Shown: positions 47,351 to 57,047 of the stretch, piece after piece
Layout: each line of letters begins with the position of its first letter
Position numbering within the stretch: position 1 is the stretch's first letter
Origin: an uncultured Rhodospirillaceae bacterium
GTDB lineage: Bacteria > Pseudomonadota > Alphaproteobacteria > UBA8366
DNA length: 64,000 bases
Assembly (NCBI GenBank): GCA_913043025.1
Contig: CAJWLM010000004.1
Location: 76,443-140,442, forward strand
Direction of reading: 5' to 3'
The notes under the pieces: generated by a model
Seen by the model: only the letters and a program-made list of their open reading frames with translations
What the model was told of the DNA's origin: nothing
Databases searched by the model: none
Program-made: the position numbers and the translations under genes

Positions 47351-48334
47351 TTAGCTGAACGATTTAGTCCGTTCAAATATCGACTCTAAATTTCTAAGTT
47401 CTTCAGGGAATTCCGAGCTAAACTTCATTTCTAATCCGCTCCTTGGGTGCACGAAGCCCAGAGTTACTGCGTGGAGGGCTTGACGTCGGCAAGTTGTTAT
47501 TAACTCTATATCGCTATCTGGAATACCGCTAAGACGCGCTTCGGTTGTGCGACCGTAAACAGGATCACCCACTAACGGGTGCCCTATATGTGCCAAATGT
47601 ACGCGGATTTGATGCGTACGTCCTGTTGCTAGCCGACACTCTGCCTTAAATACTCGCAAACCATAACGTTTAAGGGTCCGAAAACGCGTGAGTGCAAATT
47701 TACCCACGTTCTCAGATACCACGGCCATCTTTTTGCGTTTATACGGGTGACGACCGATTCTTTCTTCAATTTGACCTGAAGGTGGTTTTGGAGAGCCCCA
47801 TGCTAATGCATGGTATGCACGCTCGACGCTGCGTTGTTCGAACTGCGAACTGAGGCATCTGTGGCTTCGGTCATTTTTGGCCGCCACTATTAAACCACTA
47901 GTGTCCTTGTCTAATCTGTGCACAATCCCTGGTCGTTTTATGCCACCGATACCCGAAAGTGATGTTCCGCAGTGGTTGAGCAAACCATTTACCAGTGTAC
48001 CATTTGGAGTGCCCGCTCCAGGATGAACTACAAGGCCAGCAGGCTTATTAACTACGATCAAATCATCGTCTTCGTAGTATATGTCAAGATTTATATTTTC
48101 GGGCTCGAGGTCTAAAGGCTCCGAGTGAGGGACTATTAAAGTGAAAGTTTGTTCCTGTTTGACGCGATAGGCAGGGTCAGTTATCGTTTTCCCTGCATGG
48201 TTCACATTTCCTGCTAAAATTAATCTTTTTAGCTGTGATCGAGATAGTTCTGGGAAAGCCCTCACAAGACTCACATCAAGTCTTATGCCCTCATCGTCAG
48301 CTGTAGTGGTCAATATTTTTTCTTCGTCACTCAT
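47351..48334 (-). CDS. rluD: RluA-family 23S rRNA pseudouridine synthase (RluD-like, with S4 domain)
   Basis: 327 aa. S4-like N-terminus, catalytic HRLDKDTSGLIVAAK, GRTHQIRVHL. Confidence 0.9.
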   Translation of the reverse strand: MSDEEKILTTTADDEGIRLDVSLVRAFPELSRSQLKRLILAGNVNHAGKTITDPAYRVKQEQTFTLIVPHSEPLDLEPENINLDIYYEDDDLIVVNKPAGLVVHPGAGTPNGTLVNGLLNHCGTSLSGIGGIKRPGIVHRLDKDTSGLIVAAKNDRSHRCLSSQFEQRSVERAYHALAWGSPKPPSGQIEERIGRHPYKRKKMAVVSENVGKFALTRFRTLKRYGLRVFKAECRLATGRTHQIRVHLAHIGHPLVGDPVYGRTTEARLSGIPDSDIELITTCRRQALHAVTLGFVHPRSGLEMKFSSEFPEELRNLESIFERTKSFS

Positions 48335-48363
48335 TTTTGTAAAACGAACGGTAGCCTCTTATT

Positions 48364-48663
48364 ATGAAACTACAAGCTCTTAAAATTCTAGTTGTCACAA
48401 TGGCCATCTTAATAATAGTCGGTTTGGGTTTTTTAGCCTATGGAATAACCGCAAATTTTGCTGAGGGTGAAAAAGGAGTTTTCTTGGTTCGAAGTCCTCT
48501 GCCTTTAACCCTCCCTGTAGGAGCGGAAATTCGTGAGACCATAATGGACGGTAATCGCGTCTTGATAAGATTGTCTATGCCAGATGATCAAACGCGCCTG
48601 ATAATTTTTGATATGCAGGAGGGACGAGAGGTCCAGCGAATAGAAATAAACAACAGCCGCTGA
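48364..48663 (+). CDS. Small N-terminally anchored hypothetical protein
   Basis: 99 aa. One TM helix (ILVVTMAILIIVGLGFLAYGI) followed by a beta-rich soluble part. Divergent from rluD with only a 29-bp spacer. Confidence 0.5.
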   Translation: MKLQALKILVVTMAILIIVGLGFLAYGITANFAEGEKGVFLVRSPLPLTLPVGAEIRETIMDGNRVLIRLSMPDDQTRLIIFDMQEGREVQRIEINNSR

Positions 48664-48672
48664 TAATACAAT

Positions 48673-49173
48673 TCATGAGAAATCAGTTTTCATTTTCTTT
48701 AAAATCGCTGACGCATCTTCATTACTAATCTTTTGCAGTTGACCCTTCTCTGAATCGTATAGTTGATCAATGAGATCTTGAAGTGCTTGTTTGTCCAAAG
48801 TTTCTGGGGACGATTTTTGAGCGAGCTTATTATTACCTTTTATTTTTTCTTTTAGACTCGTTACGTCATTTTCTAGTTCCTCGACTCGTGCCTCAGCAAT
48901 GACTGCGCGTTCTTGCCAATCAATTGACCCGGCCTTGGTGCGTGCAGCACTGGTTTTTCTTTTGTTTTTCGATACTGTTTTTGAGCCGGTCGAAATATTA
49001 AGCCGATCCGCTAAGGCCTGCACATAAGCTTCATCATCTTTATGGAAATTACCATTTTCAATGTCTTTTTTAAAGTCACCTAAATCCTCGCGTGTGTCAT
49101 CACTCAATTCTTTACTGGCGAGTAAAGATTGGATCAGTTTCATAGTATCATTTTCGCTCATCATAACTCTCAT
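48673..49173 (-). CDS. Hypothetical charged/coiled-coil protein
   Basis: 166 aa, rich in Lys, Glu and Asp, with a heptad-like stretch (RAVIAEARVEELENDVTSLKEKIK). No motif recognised. Coding status rests on ORF length and non-overlap only. Confidence 0.4.
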   Translation of the reverse strand: MRVMMSENDTMKLIQSLLASKELSDDTREDLGDFKKDIENGNFHKDDEAYVQALADRLNISTGSKTVSKNKRKTSAARTKAGSIDWQERAVIAEARVEELENDVTSLKEKIKGNNKLAQKSSPETLDKQALQDLIDQLYDSEKGQLQKISNEDASAILKKMKTDFS

Positions 49174-49461
49174 CGAATAGCTGAGTTTATTTAAATGACA
49201 ATACAGTGAAATCTCGGTTTAGGGTAGGGGCAAAACGGCAGAGATATTGACGTTTACTTACAAAGCCTTTTCTAAGCTGTATGTGTTGCCAGTAAAAAAA
49301 TAACAAATTACAGTAATTAAACAAATAATTAAATAAAAAAGTTGTAATTATTAAATTTAATGCATCATAATAAATTAAAAAATTTAAATACAAGTATTTA
49401 TGAAAAAAACTACATTTAATTATTACTATAGCTATGGACTCTTTATCTGCAAACAACGTGT

Positions 49462-49959
49462 GTGAGTGATATGGATAATAAGTGTAATCAAACAGTAGTA
49501 GGAATTGGTTTCTATTGGGATGATCTAAAGAGCGGGGATACTTTTAAAACGTTGAAGCGCACCATTACAGAAACTGATATTGTAAATTTTATAAGTGTTA
49601 CTGGAATGTTAGAGACGGTATTTACCGACCTTTCATTTTCAGAGGAGCATGGTGCCATCAAGGGTCGGGTCGTTCCGGCAGCATTGAGCTACACCTTAAT
49701 TGAGGGGATACTTTGTCAATCAACTATGCAAACAACAGGTCTTGCGTTATTGGAGGTGACTAAAAAAATCAAAGCACCTGTCTTCGCCGGCGATACCATA
49801 CACTGTGTCGTTTCAGTAGAGAGCTCTCGCGAAACTTCCAAGGGTGGACGTGGGATCGTTATTACCAACAACGACATTATCAACCAAAAAGACGAAACAG
49901 TAATTTCTTATCGTGCAGTCCGAATGATGGCAGGAAGGCCCAACAAGGCGCATATATAA
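49462..49959 (+). CDS. MaoC-like (R)-specific enoyl-CoA hydratase / hotdog-fold dehydratase
   Basis: 165 aa with a GTG start (ATG 9 nt later is also possible). LKSGDTFKTLKRTITETDIVNFISVTGM and GDTIHCVVSVESSRETSKGGRGIVITNNDIINQKDETV follow the typical MaoC dehydratase layout. Confidence 0.85.
   Translation: MSDMDNKCNQTVVGIGFYWDDLKSGDTFKTLKRTITETDIVNFISVTGMLETVFTDLSFSEEHGAIKGRVVPAALSYTLIEGILCQSTMQTTGLALLEVTKKIKAPVFAGDTIHCVVSVESSRETSKGGRGIVITNNDIINQKDETVISYRAVRMMAGRPNKAHI
49722..49935 (+). repeat. Direct repeat copy A (3' end of the intact MaoC gene); copy B is at 55493-55705
   Basis: Hand alignment of the two stretches gives about 18 substitutions plus one 1-nt indel over ~213 nt, roughly 90% identity. 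Confidence 0.85.
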
Positions 49960-50276
49960 TTACTCAAGAGCTAAAGTGGGCGTCCTAGTCATAACTTTTT
50001 AACCACAAATAAAAGACGTTGGGTTTAAGAATACAGGTTTCAAGAATCGCCGTAAAAATAATGCTGATGGTATGAACGGAATAGTGTAATTATTAATGTT
50101 GGAGAATTATTTTTATTTGTAAAGTAATTTACACATGATTATTATACTATCAAAAATATTATTTATTGATTAATGTATATATACTGTAGATTACATTTAT
50201 TTATTTAAAAAATCTATCATTGAAAATAGACGCTTGTTACTGAACATTACCATTTCGATCCGTGATAATGTTTGGG

Positions 50277-51290
50277 CTACAATGAGTTCATTGCAGATAC
50301 CTGCGAAAAGATATGCCGTACTGTTTTGAGTTCGTCAGTATGAGAGAGCGCAACCATTAATAAGATGCGGGCTTTTACGCAGCTTAAATAACCACTGGGA
50401 ATAGCTCCTTTATCAATCATACTTCTAAACGAACCGTTGTGTCCTTTATTGAAAAATGGACTGCCGCTAGACATTCGATGACCTATTACTAAGGGAATGT
50501 CTGCCTTAAGCGCATCGCAAACAGCGTTATAATATGGAATATTTACGTTGCCGGCGCCGATGCCCTCGATCACGATACCGTCAACATCATTTTCTATACA
50601 AGCTCGAATTAAAAGATCGTCAATGCCCTGAGTGACTTTTAACAATTGGACATTTGCACTTATCTCTTCCACATTTATGAATATGCGACGCTCCGGTTTT
50701 GCAAAATATATCAAACCGTCTTTTGAAACCATACCTAGAGGCCCGCTATCGCGTGATGCATAGGCGTTAACTTGCATGGAGTGAACTTTGATAACATCGC
50801 GAGCACTGTAGATTTCCCCGTTGAAACAGACCAAAACTCCGCGACCCCGAGAGTCGCTATGGGCTGCAGTCAATACGCTATAGAGGATATTGCGAGGACC
50901 ATCAGCATCTGTTTCAGACAGATTGCGCATGGCTCCAGTCACAACCACGGGTTTTTCATTTTTGATAGTGAGATCAAGAAAGAATGCAGTTTCCTCTAAT
51001 GTCGCAGTACCATGAGTGATCACCACACCAGTGACCCTATTATCTTCAAGTAATTTGCGCACAAGTTTTCCCAGCTCAACAACGCTGGAAATATCCATGA
51101 GGTCGCTTGTGATATTTGTGTGTTGTACTGATCGAACTTCTGCGTATGAGGCTAATTCCGGAGTAGCGGAAACTAGATCGTCTGCGGTTGCTGGGGCAAC
51201 TAAGTCCCCTTCAGATGCTAAATAGTTGGATGCAATAGTTCCGCCGGTCGCTACGATATAAACAAGGGGCTGCATCAAAAACTCTTTCAA
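50277..51290 (-). CDS. L-asparaginase/glutaminase (cytoplasmic, bacterial type I/II fold)
   Basis: 337 aa (start may be M6, MQPLVYIV). VATGGTIAS, ITHGTATLEETAFFL and VVTGAMR motifs. No signal peptide. Confidence 0.9.
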   Translation of the reverse strand: MKEFLMQPLVYIVATGGTIASNYLASEGDLVAPATADDLVSATPELASYAEVRSVQHTNITSDLMDISSVVELGKLVRKLLEDNRVTGVVITHGTATLEETAFFLDLTIKNEKPVVVTGAMRNLSETDADGPRNILYSVLTAAHSDSRGRGVLVCFNGEIYSARDVIKVHSMQVNAYASRDSGPLGMVSKDGLIYFAKPERRIFINVEEISANVQLLKVTQGIDDLLIRACIENDVDGIVIEGIGAGNVNIPYYNAVCDALKADIPLVIGHRMSSGSPFFNKGHNGSFRSMIDKGAIPSGYLSCVKARILLMVALSHTDELKTVRHIFSQVSAMNSL

Positions 51291-51323
51291 TAAATTAGGT
51301 TATGGTTTCCAATTTTCGGCACC

Positions 51324-52406
51324 CTAATTAATTACTTTGACTGATACCGGATCTATTTTCATAAAAACAGTTTCATCTTCGCTGAATGGTGGTAACCGGT
51401 GACCATGAATGCGTATTTGCTGACCGTACGCGTCCGCCCATAATTCTAACATTCCTCCCATATACACAGATTTTTCAATAGTACATTGTAGGATATTTGG
51501 ATCATTTTTCTTGGGCTTTTGAGAGATCATGACTAAATCCTCGGGCCTAACGGATAGAGTTACTTTTTGGCCCTTTTTCGCGCCCACAGCATCACAAAAG
51601 ATTGTAGCCCCACCGAGTTTCATTGGGGTTAATCCATCACTTCTGGCAACTCCTAATACTTCGGCGGAGAGAAGGTTGGAAATACCTACAAAACCTGCGA
51701 CGAATTGATTTGCTGGATTCTGATAGACTTCATGGGGTGGTCCCATCTGCTCAATGTGACCGTTATTCATAACTATAATCGTGTCGCTCATCACCATCGC
51801 TTCAACTTGGTCATGTGTGACAAAGATCGTCGTTATGCCTGTTTTTGTTTGAAGATCTTTTAATTCCAGCCTCATTTCCTCGCGCAGCGCCGCATCCAGA
51901 TTTGATAGCGGCTCATCGAGTAACAATACGTCAGGCTCATAGACTAACGCACGCGCGAACGCGACGCGTTGTTGTTGACCGCCGGATAGCTGTGATGGGT
52001 ATCGATCACCCAAGCCGGTGAGGCGCACCAAATCTAGTGCTTTTTCCACGGCTGCCGAGATCTGGTTCTTATTTTCTTTTCGCATTTGCAGTCCAAAAGC
52101 CACATTCTCGCTAACCTTTAGATGTGGCCAAAGACCGTAAGATTGGAATACCATGCCGAGGTTACGCTCATGCGGAGGCAGAAGCACTTTTTCCAACGAA
52201 CTAGATATAAGTCGGTCACCAACGTAGACGTCTCCCCCATCCGGGTCTTCGAAGCCCGCAATCATGTTCAACGTCGTTGTTTTTCCGCATCCACTTGGGC
52301 CTAATAACGTGAGCAACTCGCCTTTTGGCACATCAAAAGAAACCCCGGCAACTGCTGTCACATCGCCGAAGCGCTTCAGAAGATTATCTACACGTACGTT
52401 CTGCAT
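51324..52406 (-). CDS. ABC transporter ATP-binding protein (PotA/FbpC/MalK-like, with C-terminal TOBE-type domain)
   Basis: 360 aa. Walker A GPSGCGKTT, signature LSGGQQQRV, Walker B LLLDEPLS. TAATG overlap with the permease gene. Confidence 0.92.
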   Translation of the reverse strand: MQNVRVDNLLKRFGDVTAVAGVSFDVPKGELLTLLGPSGCGKTTTLNMIAGFEDPDGGDVYVGDRLISSSLEKVLLPPHERNLGMVFQSYGLWPHLKVSENVAFGLQMRKENKNQISAAVEKALDLVRLTGLGDRYPSQLSGGQQQRVAFARALVYEPDVLLLDEPLSNLDAALREEMRLELKDLQTKTGITTIFVTHDQVEAMVMSDTIIVMNNGHIEQMGPPHEVYQNPANQFVAGFVGISNLLSAEVLGVARSDGLTPMKLGGATIFCDAVGAKKGQKVTLSVRPEDLVMISQKPKKNDPNILQCTIEKSVYMGGMLELWADAYGQQIRIHGHRLPPFSEDETVFMKIDPVSVKVIN

Positions 52407-54106
52407 TAGGTTATTCCCTCCACATCAGTTTGTTTGGTGAGCCAACGTACTAATGCTACTGACCCAAGCGATAGGATCACAATAATTAATGATAAAATGC
52501 ACACATGCGAAAATAAGCCTTCGTCATAGAGTTGGATAAGTATGGTACCTATGACTTCTTTATTTGAACTAAAGAGCATTATTGATGCTGACAATTCCCG
52601 CATCATTGAGACAAATAAAATAATCCAACCAGCCACTATGCCCGGCATCGCTAGCGGTACTAGAACTCGCCAAAAAACCGTGAACCAGTTAGCTCCGCTT
52701 ACTGCTGCTGCCCTCTCAAGCTCCTCATGAATTTGCGTGATGGAATTAGAAACAGCCTTCACCCCAAATGGGAGGAATCGCGTTATGTAGGCAAGCAATA
52801 TTATCCAAAGAGTATGATAAAGATTAAAAGGTTCTCGAATATAGGCCCATAACATTGCGATAGCAATTACTGCACCTGGTATGGCTACGGGAATTAGCGC
52901 AAGGAAATCAAGTGTGCCGCGCAAGCGCCACTTACTTCTAACGACAAAGTAAGCGACTACGGCCGCTAATGCGATTCCTATTGTGGCACCAAGAAAACTC
53001 AAAAGAAGACTATTTTCTATGGAGCGCAATATCACCGCACCCCCATCGCCAAGCAGTACTTCTTCTATGTGCCCTAGCGTAAGAAACTCGAGTGTCGGTG
53101 GGCGCCCACGGTTTGATATAAAAGTGCCGTAGATTAATGTTAACATTGGTAAAATTGCTGATACTAGAAGATAAAAACCAGAGAAGCCAAGAGCTAGGTA
53201 TTTCCATCTGCCCAGTTGAACCAAGCGCGGGCGAAAACTTTTGCCTCCAACCGTGGTGTATTTCGCACTGCGGCCAAGGGCTTTGGTTTGCCCCCAAAGG
53301 GCCAAGCCACAAACTAGTAGGATAGGTATAGACATTGCTGCGGCATGAGAGAAGTTTGGCGGAATGCCGATCATCATCCGCCATAATTGAGTTGCGAAGA
53401 CATATATGCCGCCTGATACGCCAATCGTTGCTGGAATTGCGAATATCTCAAGCGATTGAATGAACACTAACAGGGCTCCGGATAATATTGCCGGCGCTGC
53501 CATTGGAATAGTAATCCTAAGAGTTGTTTGCCACTTATTTGCACCGCTTATGTGAGCCGCATTTTCCAATGTTGGATCCATATTTTTAAATGCGGTGACT
53601 GTAAATATGAAGACATAGGGTGCAAGCGACAAAGCCATAACAAAAATTAAACCGCCCATTGTAAATATATCAAATAGGGGGTCTTTGGTGTCCATGACCC
53701 ATTTCCAAAACATATTAACGAAGCCGACTCTCGGTGTGCCAAGATATGCCCATGCGACAGCTACGACTACTGGCGGCATAATAAAGGGTAGTATCGCTGT
53801 CATACTGATATAATTTTTGAGTGGGGTGTCGGTCCGACCCACTATCCAAGCCAGTGGCACACCAATCAAGACTGAGAGGATTGTTACACCAATCGACATA
53901 ACCGCAGTATTACGAAGCACCTCTCCCATGTACCGAGATTCGTAAATTGCAACGAATGCATCCAAGTTATATTCGCTACTAGAGAGGTCTGGTTTTACAC
54001 TGCCTAACAGTAGCCAAAACAATGGGTAGAGAACAATGAAGCCGACAACAATAAGACATCCCCATTCGAGACTACGAACGGTGCTTGGAAACTTGAACAT
54101 ATTCAT
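52406..54106 (-). CDS. ABC transporter permease, fused double-domain (FbpB/ThiP-like)
   Basis: 566 aa, about 12 TM helices. Two EAA-type loops (LENAAHISGANKWQTTLRITIP and LERAAAVSGANWFTVFWRVLVP). Confidence 0.9.
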   Translation of the reverse strand: MNMFKFPSTVRSLEWGCLIVVGFIVLYPLFWLLLGSVKPDLSSSEYNLDAFVAIYESRYMGEVLRNTAVMSIGVTILSVLIGVPLAWIVGRTDTPLKNYISMTAILPFIMPPVVVAVAWAYLGTPRVGFVNMFWKWVMDTKDPLFDIFTMGGLIFVMALSLAPYVFIFTVTAFKNMDPTLENAAHISGANKWQTTLRITIPMAAPAILSGALLVFIQSLEIFAIPATIGVSGGIYVFATQLWRMMIGIPPNFSHAAAMSIPILLVCGLALWGQTKALGRSAKYTTVGGKSFRPRLVQLGRWKYLALGFSGFYLLVSAILPMLTLIYGTFISNRGRPPTLEFLTLGHIEEVLLGDGGAVILRSIENSLLLSFLGATIGIALAAVVAYFVVRSKWRLRGTLDFLALIPVAIPGAVIAIAMLWAYIREPFNLYHTLWIILLAYITRFLPFGVKAVSNSITQIHEELERAAAVSGANWFTVFWRVLVPLAMPGIVAGWIILFVSMMRELSASIMLFSSNKEVIGTILIQLYDEGLFSHVCILSLIIVILSLGSVALVRWLTKQTDVEGIT

Positions 54107-54148
54107 CGGATGGGGATGCTCTTAATTACAAGTTAATTCAGTTCGAAC

Positions 54149-55156
54149 TTACTTCTTTTTTGCGTCGCGAATATGCTTAGTCATAAAGTCTCGATATTTA
54201 TTTTGTTCTTTGTATACTTTCTCGGCATTTGAACTGATCGCTTTGAAAGGGTACGGAATACCTTTGACATGCGGTACATCAGAGCGAGCTGAATTTATTT
54301 TAACGTTTTGTGTTATGACTGTTTGCCCCTCCTTGGAAAGGATCCACCTGTACACTTTCTCGGCATTCTTCGGGTTTGGGGCACCTTTTACCATGCCAAA
54401 AGAGGCAGGAACGACCGGTGTACCCTCTTTCATGGGGGCGATTTTGATTTTGGCGCCTTTGTTGATACGTCGAATGGCTATATATTCGAAAACCATGGTG
54501 ACGTCTCGTTCGCCAGTTGCAACGCGTTCAGTTGATGCTCCCATTCGCGATTGCACAAGTGCACCATTATATAGCAGACCTTTTATGTACTTCTCACCGA
54601 AGCCGTCAGCCGCATAAAAGAAATCCCAAAGGCCCGCTGATTGGAACGGGTCAACCAACACTAGTCGATCCTTCCATTTTGGTGTGGTTAGCTCAGCAAA
54701 ACTTTTCGGCTCTTCGCCTGGTTTTACATTATCCGTGTTGTAAATCACTTGAAGAGTAGGTGCGCGAAGGCCAACCCATTGTGCTTTTTCATCCTTACCC
54801 CAAGCTGGAAATTTTTTCGCTTCGGGAAACTGAGTAACATTACTCACATACCCCCGTTTTGCAAGATCATACCAACCGGGCGTATAGCTGAAGTGCAGAA
54901 GATCAATTTTACCTTTGCCAGCGGTTCGTTCTGCAACGAAACGCTGATAAAGACTGACGCCGCCGGCAGTGATTGATTCTACCTTTATGTCAGGAAATTT
55001 CTTTTCAATTGCCTTAACTAGCGTCGCTTGAGCCGCAGTGCTGAGAGAAGAATAGAAGATTAAATTAGAATCTTTCGCCACTGCTATCGTGGAGCTACAA
55101 AAGGCAAAGGCCATAAAGCCTAATGCTACTAACAAACCGTTTGTGTGTTTTATCAT
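54149..55156 (-). CDS. ABC transporter periplasmic substrate-binding protein (Fe3+/polyamine/thiamine-type SBP family)
   Basis: 335 aa with a signal peptide (LLVALGFMAFAFCSSTIAVA). First gene of the SBP-permease-ATPase-asparaginase string. Substrate cannot be read from the sequence. Confidence 0.8.
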   Translation of the reverse strand: MIKHTNGLLVALGFMAFAFCSSTIAVAKDSNLIFYSSLSTAAQATLVKAIEKKFPDIKVESITAGGVSLYQRFVAERTAGKGKIDLLHFSYTPGWYDLAKRGYVSNVTQFPEAKKFPAWGKDEKAQWVGLRAPTLQVIYNTDNVKPGEEPKSFAELTTPKWKDRLVLVDPFQSAGLWDFFYAADGFGEKYIKGLLYNGALVQSRMGASTERVATGERDVTMVFEYIAIRRINKGAKIKIAPMKEGTPVVPASFGMVKGAPNPKNAEKVYRWILSKEGQTVITQNVKINSARSDVPHVKGIPYPFKAISSNAEKVYKEQNKYRDFMTKHIRDAKKK

Positions 55157-55492
55157 AAAGTAAATCCTCCGTAGGTTTTATACTAAACGATGCATAATCT
55201 CTCGGAGAACGACAAAATAAAGTTAACTAATAACTTTGTGGTTTAAATATATTCGCCCGATAGACGTTGCACCCAATCAATTCGCTTCGTTCTGCATAAT
55301 TCATGCCGTTATATAACACGATGTTTTCAAACAGAAAATTTACTAAGCAATTATTATTCAGCCCACAAATTACGCTATTCAAAGTTCTTTGCCTACATAT
55401 TACACAATCTATAACTGATTGTAAGATAGGTGCCACCCCACATGCAGCCACCATTTAAGTGGCAAGCGCATTAATTAATGGGATACGTTGCC

Positions 55493-55705
55493 GACTATGA
55501 AAACAACAGGCCTTGCGTTATTGGAGGTGACTAAAAAATCAAAGCACCTGCCTTTGTCGGCGACAGCATACACTGTGTCGTTTCCGTAGAGAGCTCTCGC
55601 GAAACGTCCAAGGGTGGGCGTGGAATTGTTATTACCAACAACGACATTATTAACCAAAAAAACGATACAGTAATTTCTTATCGTGCAGTGCGACTGATGG
55701 CATGA
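55493..55705 (+). pseudogene. Remnant of the 3' end of a MaoC-like dehydratase gene (repeat copy B)
   Basis: About 90% identical to 49722-49935. It lacks the 5' two-thirds of the gene. A 1-nt deletion in the A-run (taaaaaaatc becomes taaaaaatc) shifts the frame, and after the shift the old frame still reads IKAPAFVGDSIHCVVSVESSRETSKGGRGIVITNNDIINQKNDTVISYRAVRLMA*. Confidence 0.8.
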
Positions 55706-55795
55706 AAACCCCAATTGCTTATCAAGGATCCTAGGGCCAAGGTGACTATTTTCATGACAGTACTTTAGGTAACAGAGATTATTGTGGGCAAAATT

Positions 55796-56812
55796 TTAGA
55801 TGCTATATATTTTCGCGGCATTGTCGTGAAATAGTGCTGCTTTCTCTGAGGATGAAAACTTTTCCGTTATTCGCTTAAAGCTGTTCCACAAAACGCCGTA
55901 ACTGCAACTAAATTTATCAACGGGGAAATTAGACTCAAACATGCAGCGTTTGGTCCCAAATGACTCGATAGTATGATGGTACCAAGGCTGCGTTGCCTTC
56001 ATAAGTTCTATGCTTGAGGGTGGCATTTTCCGCTTGTGCCATCCAAAACCATTAACGTCCATTTGCAGCCCCCCCAGTTTAGCATACACATTTTCGCAAG
56101 TTGACAGCTCTTTCATATCAATCTGCCACTTTGTGAAGACCTCTTGATGCTTGTTTGCAAAGGGGCCAACTCCGATCGGTCCGCCAAAGTGATTAAGGAT
56201 AATAACGGTATCGGGAAAAGCTCGAGCAAGGCCGGTAACCTGTTTTATATGGGTATGGTAACACCACGCCTCAAACACAAGGTTACGAGTTCGAAGCTCG
56301 CCAAAGCCTTCCCTGAAGGCTACATTTTGAAACTGATCATTTATCGGATTGTTGCTGCCGTTACGTATTTTTGGGTCTTCATTCCATGTGCCAGCGAATC
56401 TTATACCTTTAAACCTATTGCCAGCTGCAGCCAATTCGGCATCAAGTACACTGCCAACAGCATCACCCAAGCGCAGATCGGCATAGCCGATTATGCCGGC
56501 ACAGATTTTCGTATTTCCGTAGAGTCCACTTGCCGCCATTGCTGCTTGCCCATTAGCAAACTCCACCTCGCCGACCGGCTTCAATTCTTCGGGGCCATCA
56601 TTTCGGTACATAGCTTTACATTCAATGTAAACCGTAGACACGACGTTGTGACCACTAGCTGCAATTTCAGATGCAAACTTTGATTGGAAATAGTTGACCT
56701 CTGTGTTTGGCCGACGAATAAATAAGTGGTGATGCGGGTCACAGATTTGTCTCCCTGGGTCAATTGGCTCCTCTGTGACCTGCTTGAGCCATTCCTGATT
56801 ATTAAATGTCAT
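55796..56812 (-). CDS. Amidohydrolase-2 family metal-dependent hydrolase (TIM barrel; ACMSD/lactonase-like)
   Basis: 338 aa. ICDPHHHLF near the N-terminus (HxH metal motif), VIILNHFGGP, FESNFPVD. Confidence 0.82.
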   Translation of the reverse strand: MTFNNQEWLKQVTEEPIDPGRQICDPHHHLFIRRPNTEVNYFQSKFASEIAASGHNVVSTVYIECKAMYRNDGPEELKPVGEVEFANGQAAMAASGLYGNTKICAGIIGYADLRLGDAVGSVLDAELAAAGNRFKGIRFAGTWNEDPKIRNGSNNPINDQFQNVAFREGFGELRTRNLVFEAWCYHTHIKQVTGLARAFPDTVIILNHFGGPIGVGPFANKHQEVFTKWQIDMKELSTCENVYAKLGGLQMDVNGFGWHKRKMPPSSIELMKATQPWYHHTIESFGTKRCMFESNFPVDKFSCSYGVLWNSFKRITEKFSSSEKAALFHDNAAKIYSI

Positions 56813-57047
56813 GGTACTATAACCCCATATTTTTACCTGATTTTCAGCTTTAAGGTCAGTGGCATTATTGTTGATTTTAATTCAGTCGTCTTTGAGGAGA
56901 AAATTTAACATAATCGACTATACTGTAACTCGAAGTGAGGACTACTTTAAAAGACTTTATTTGAATGGCTGGAGCTTTCGAGCTGGATGTCAAAGGAATA
57001 TTTGGGCCAAGTAATCTTTGAAAAGAATTTTTATGGAGAATTTTGAA

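Noticed and set aside
49187-49456. 89-aa ORF in the AT-rich tract upstream of MaoC
   Set aside because: Its Phe/Leu/Tyr/Asn/Ile-rich translation is a direct consequence of near-pure A/T DNA. There is no SD and no structure.
55475-55714. 79-aa minus-strand ORF
   Set aside because: It is the antisense strand of the MaoC 3' remnant. The homology lies on the plus strand, so this ORF is incidental.
56144-56683. 179-aa plus-strand ORF inside the amidohydrolase gene
   Set aside because: It lies antisense to a gene with clear family motifs, and its translation has no recognisable features.
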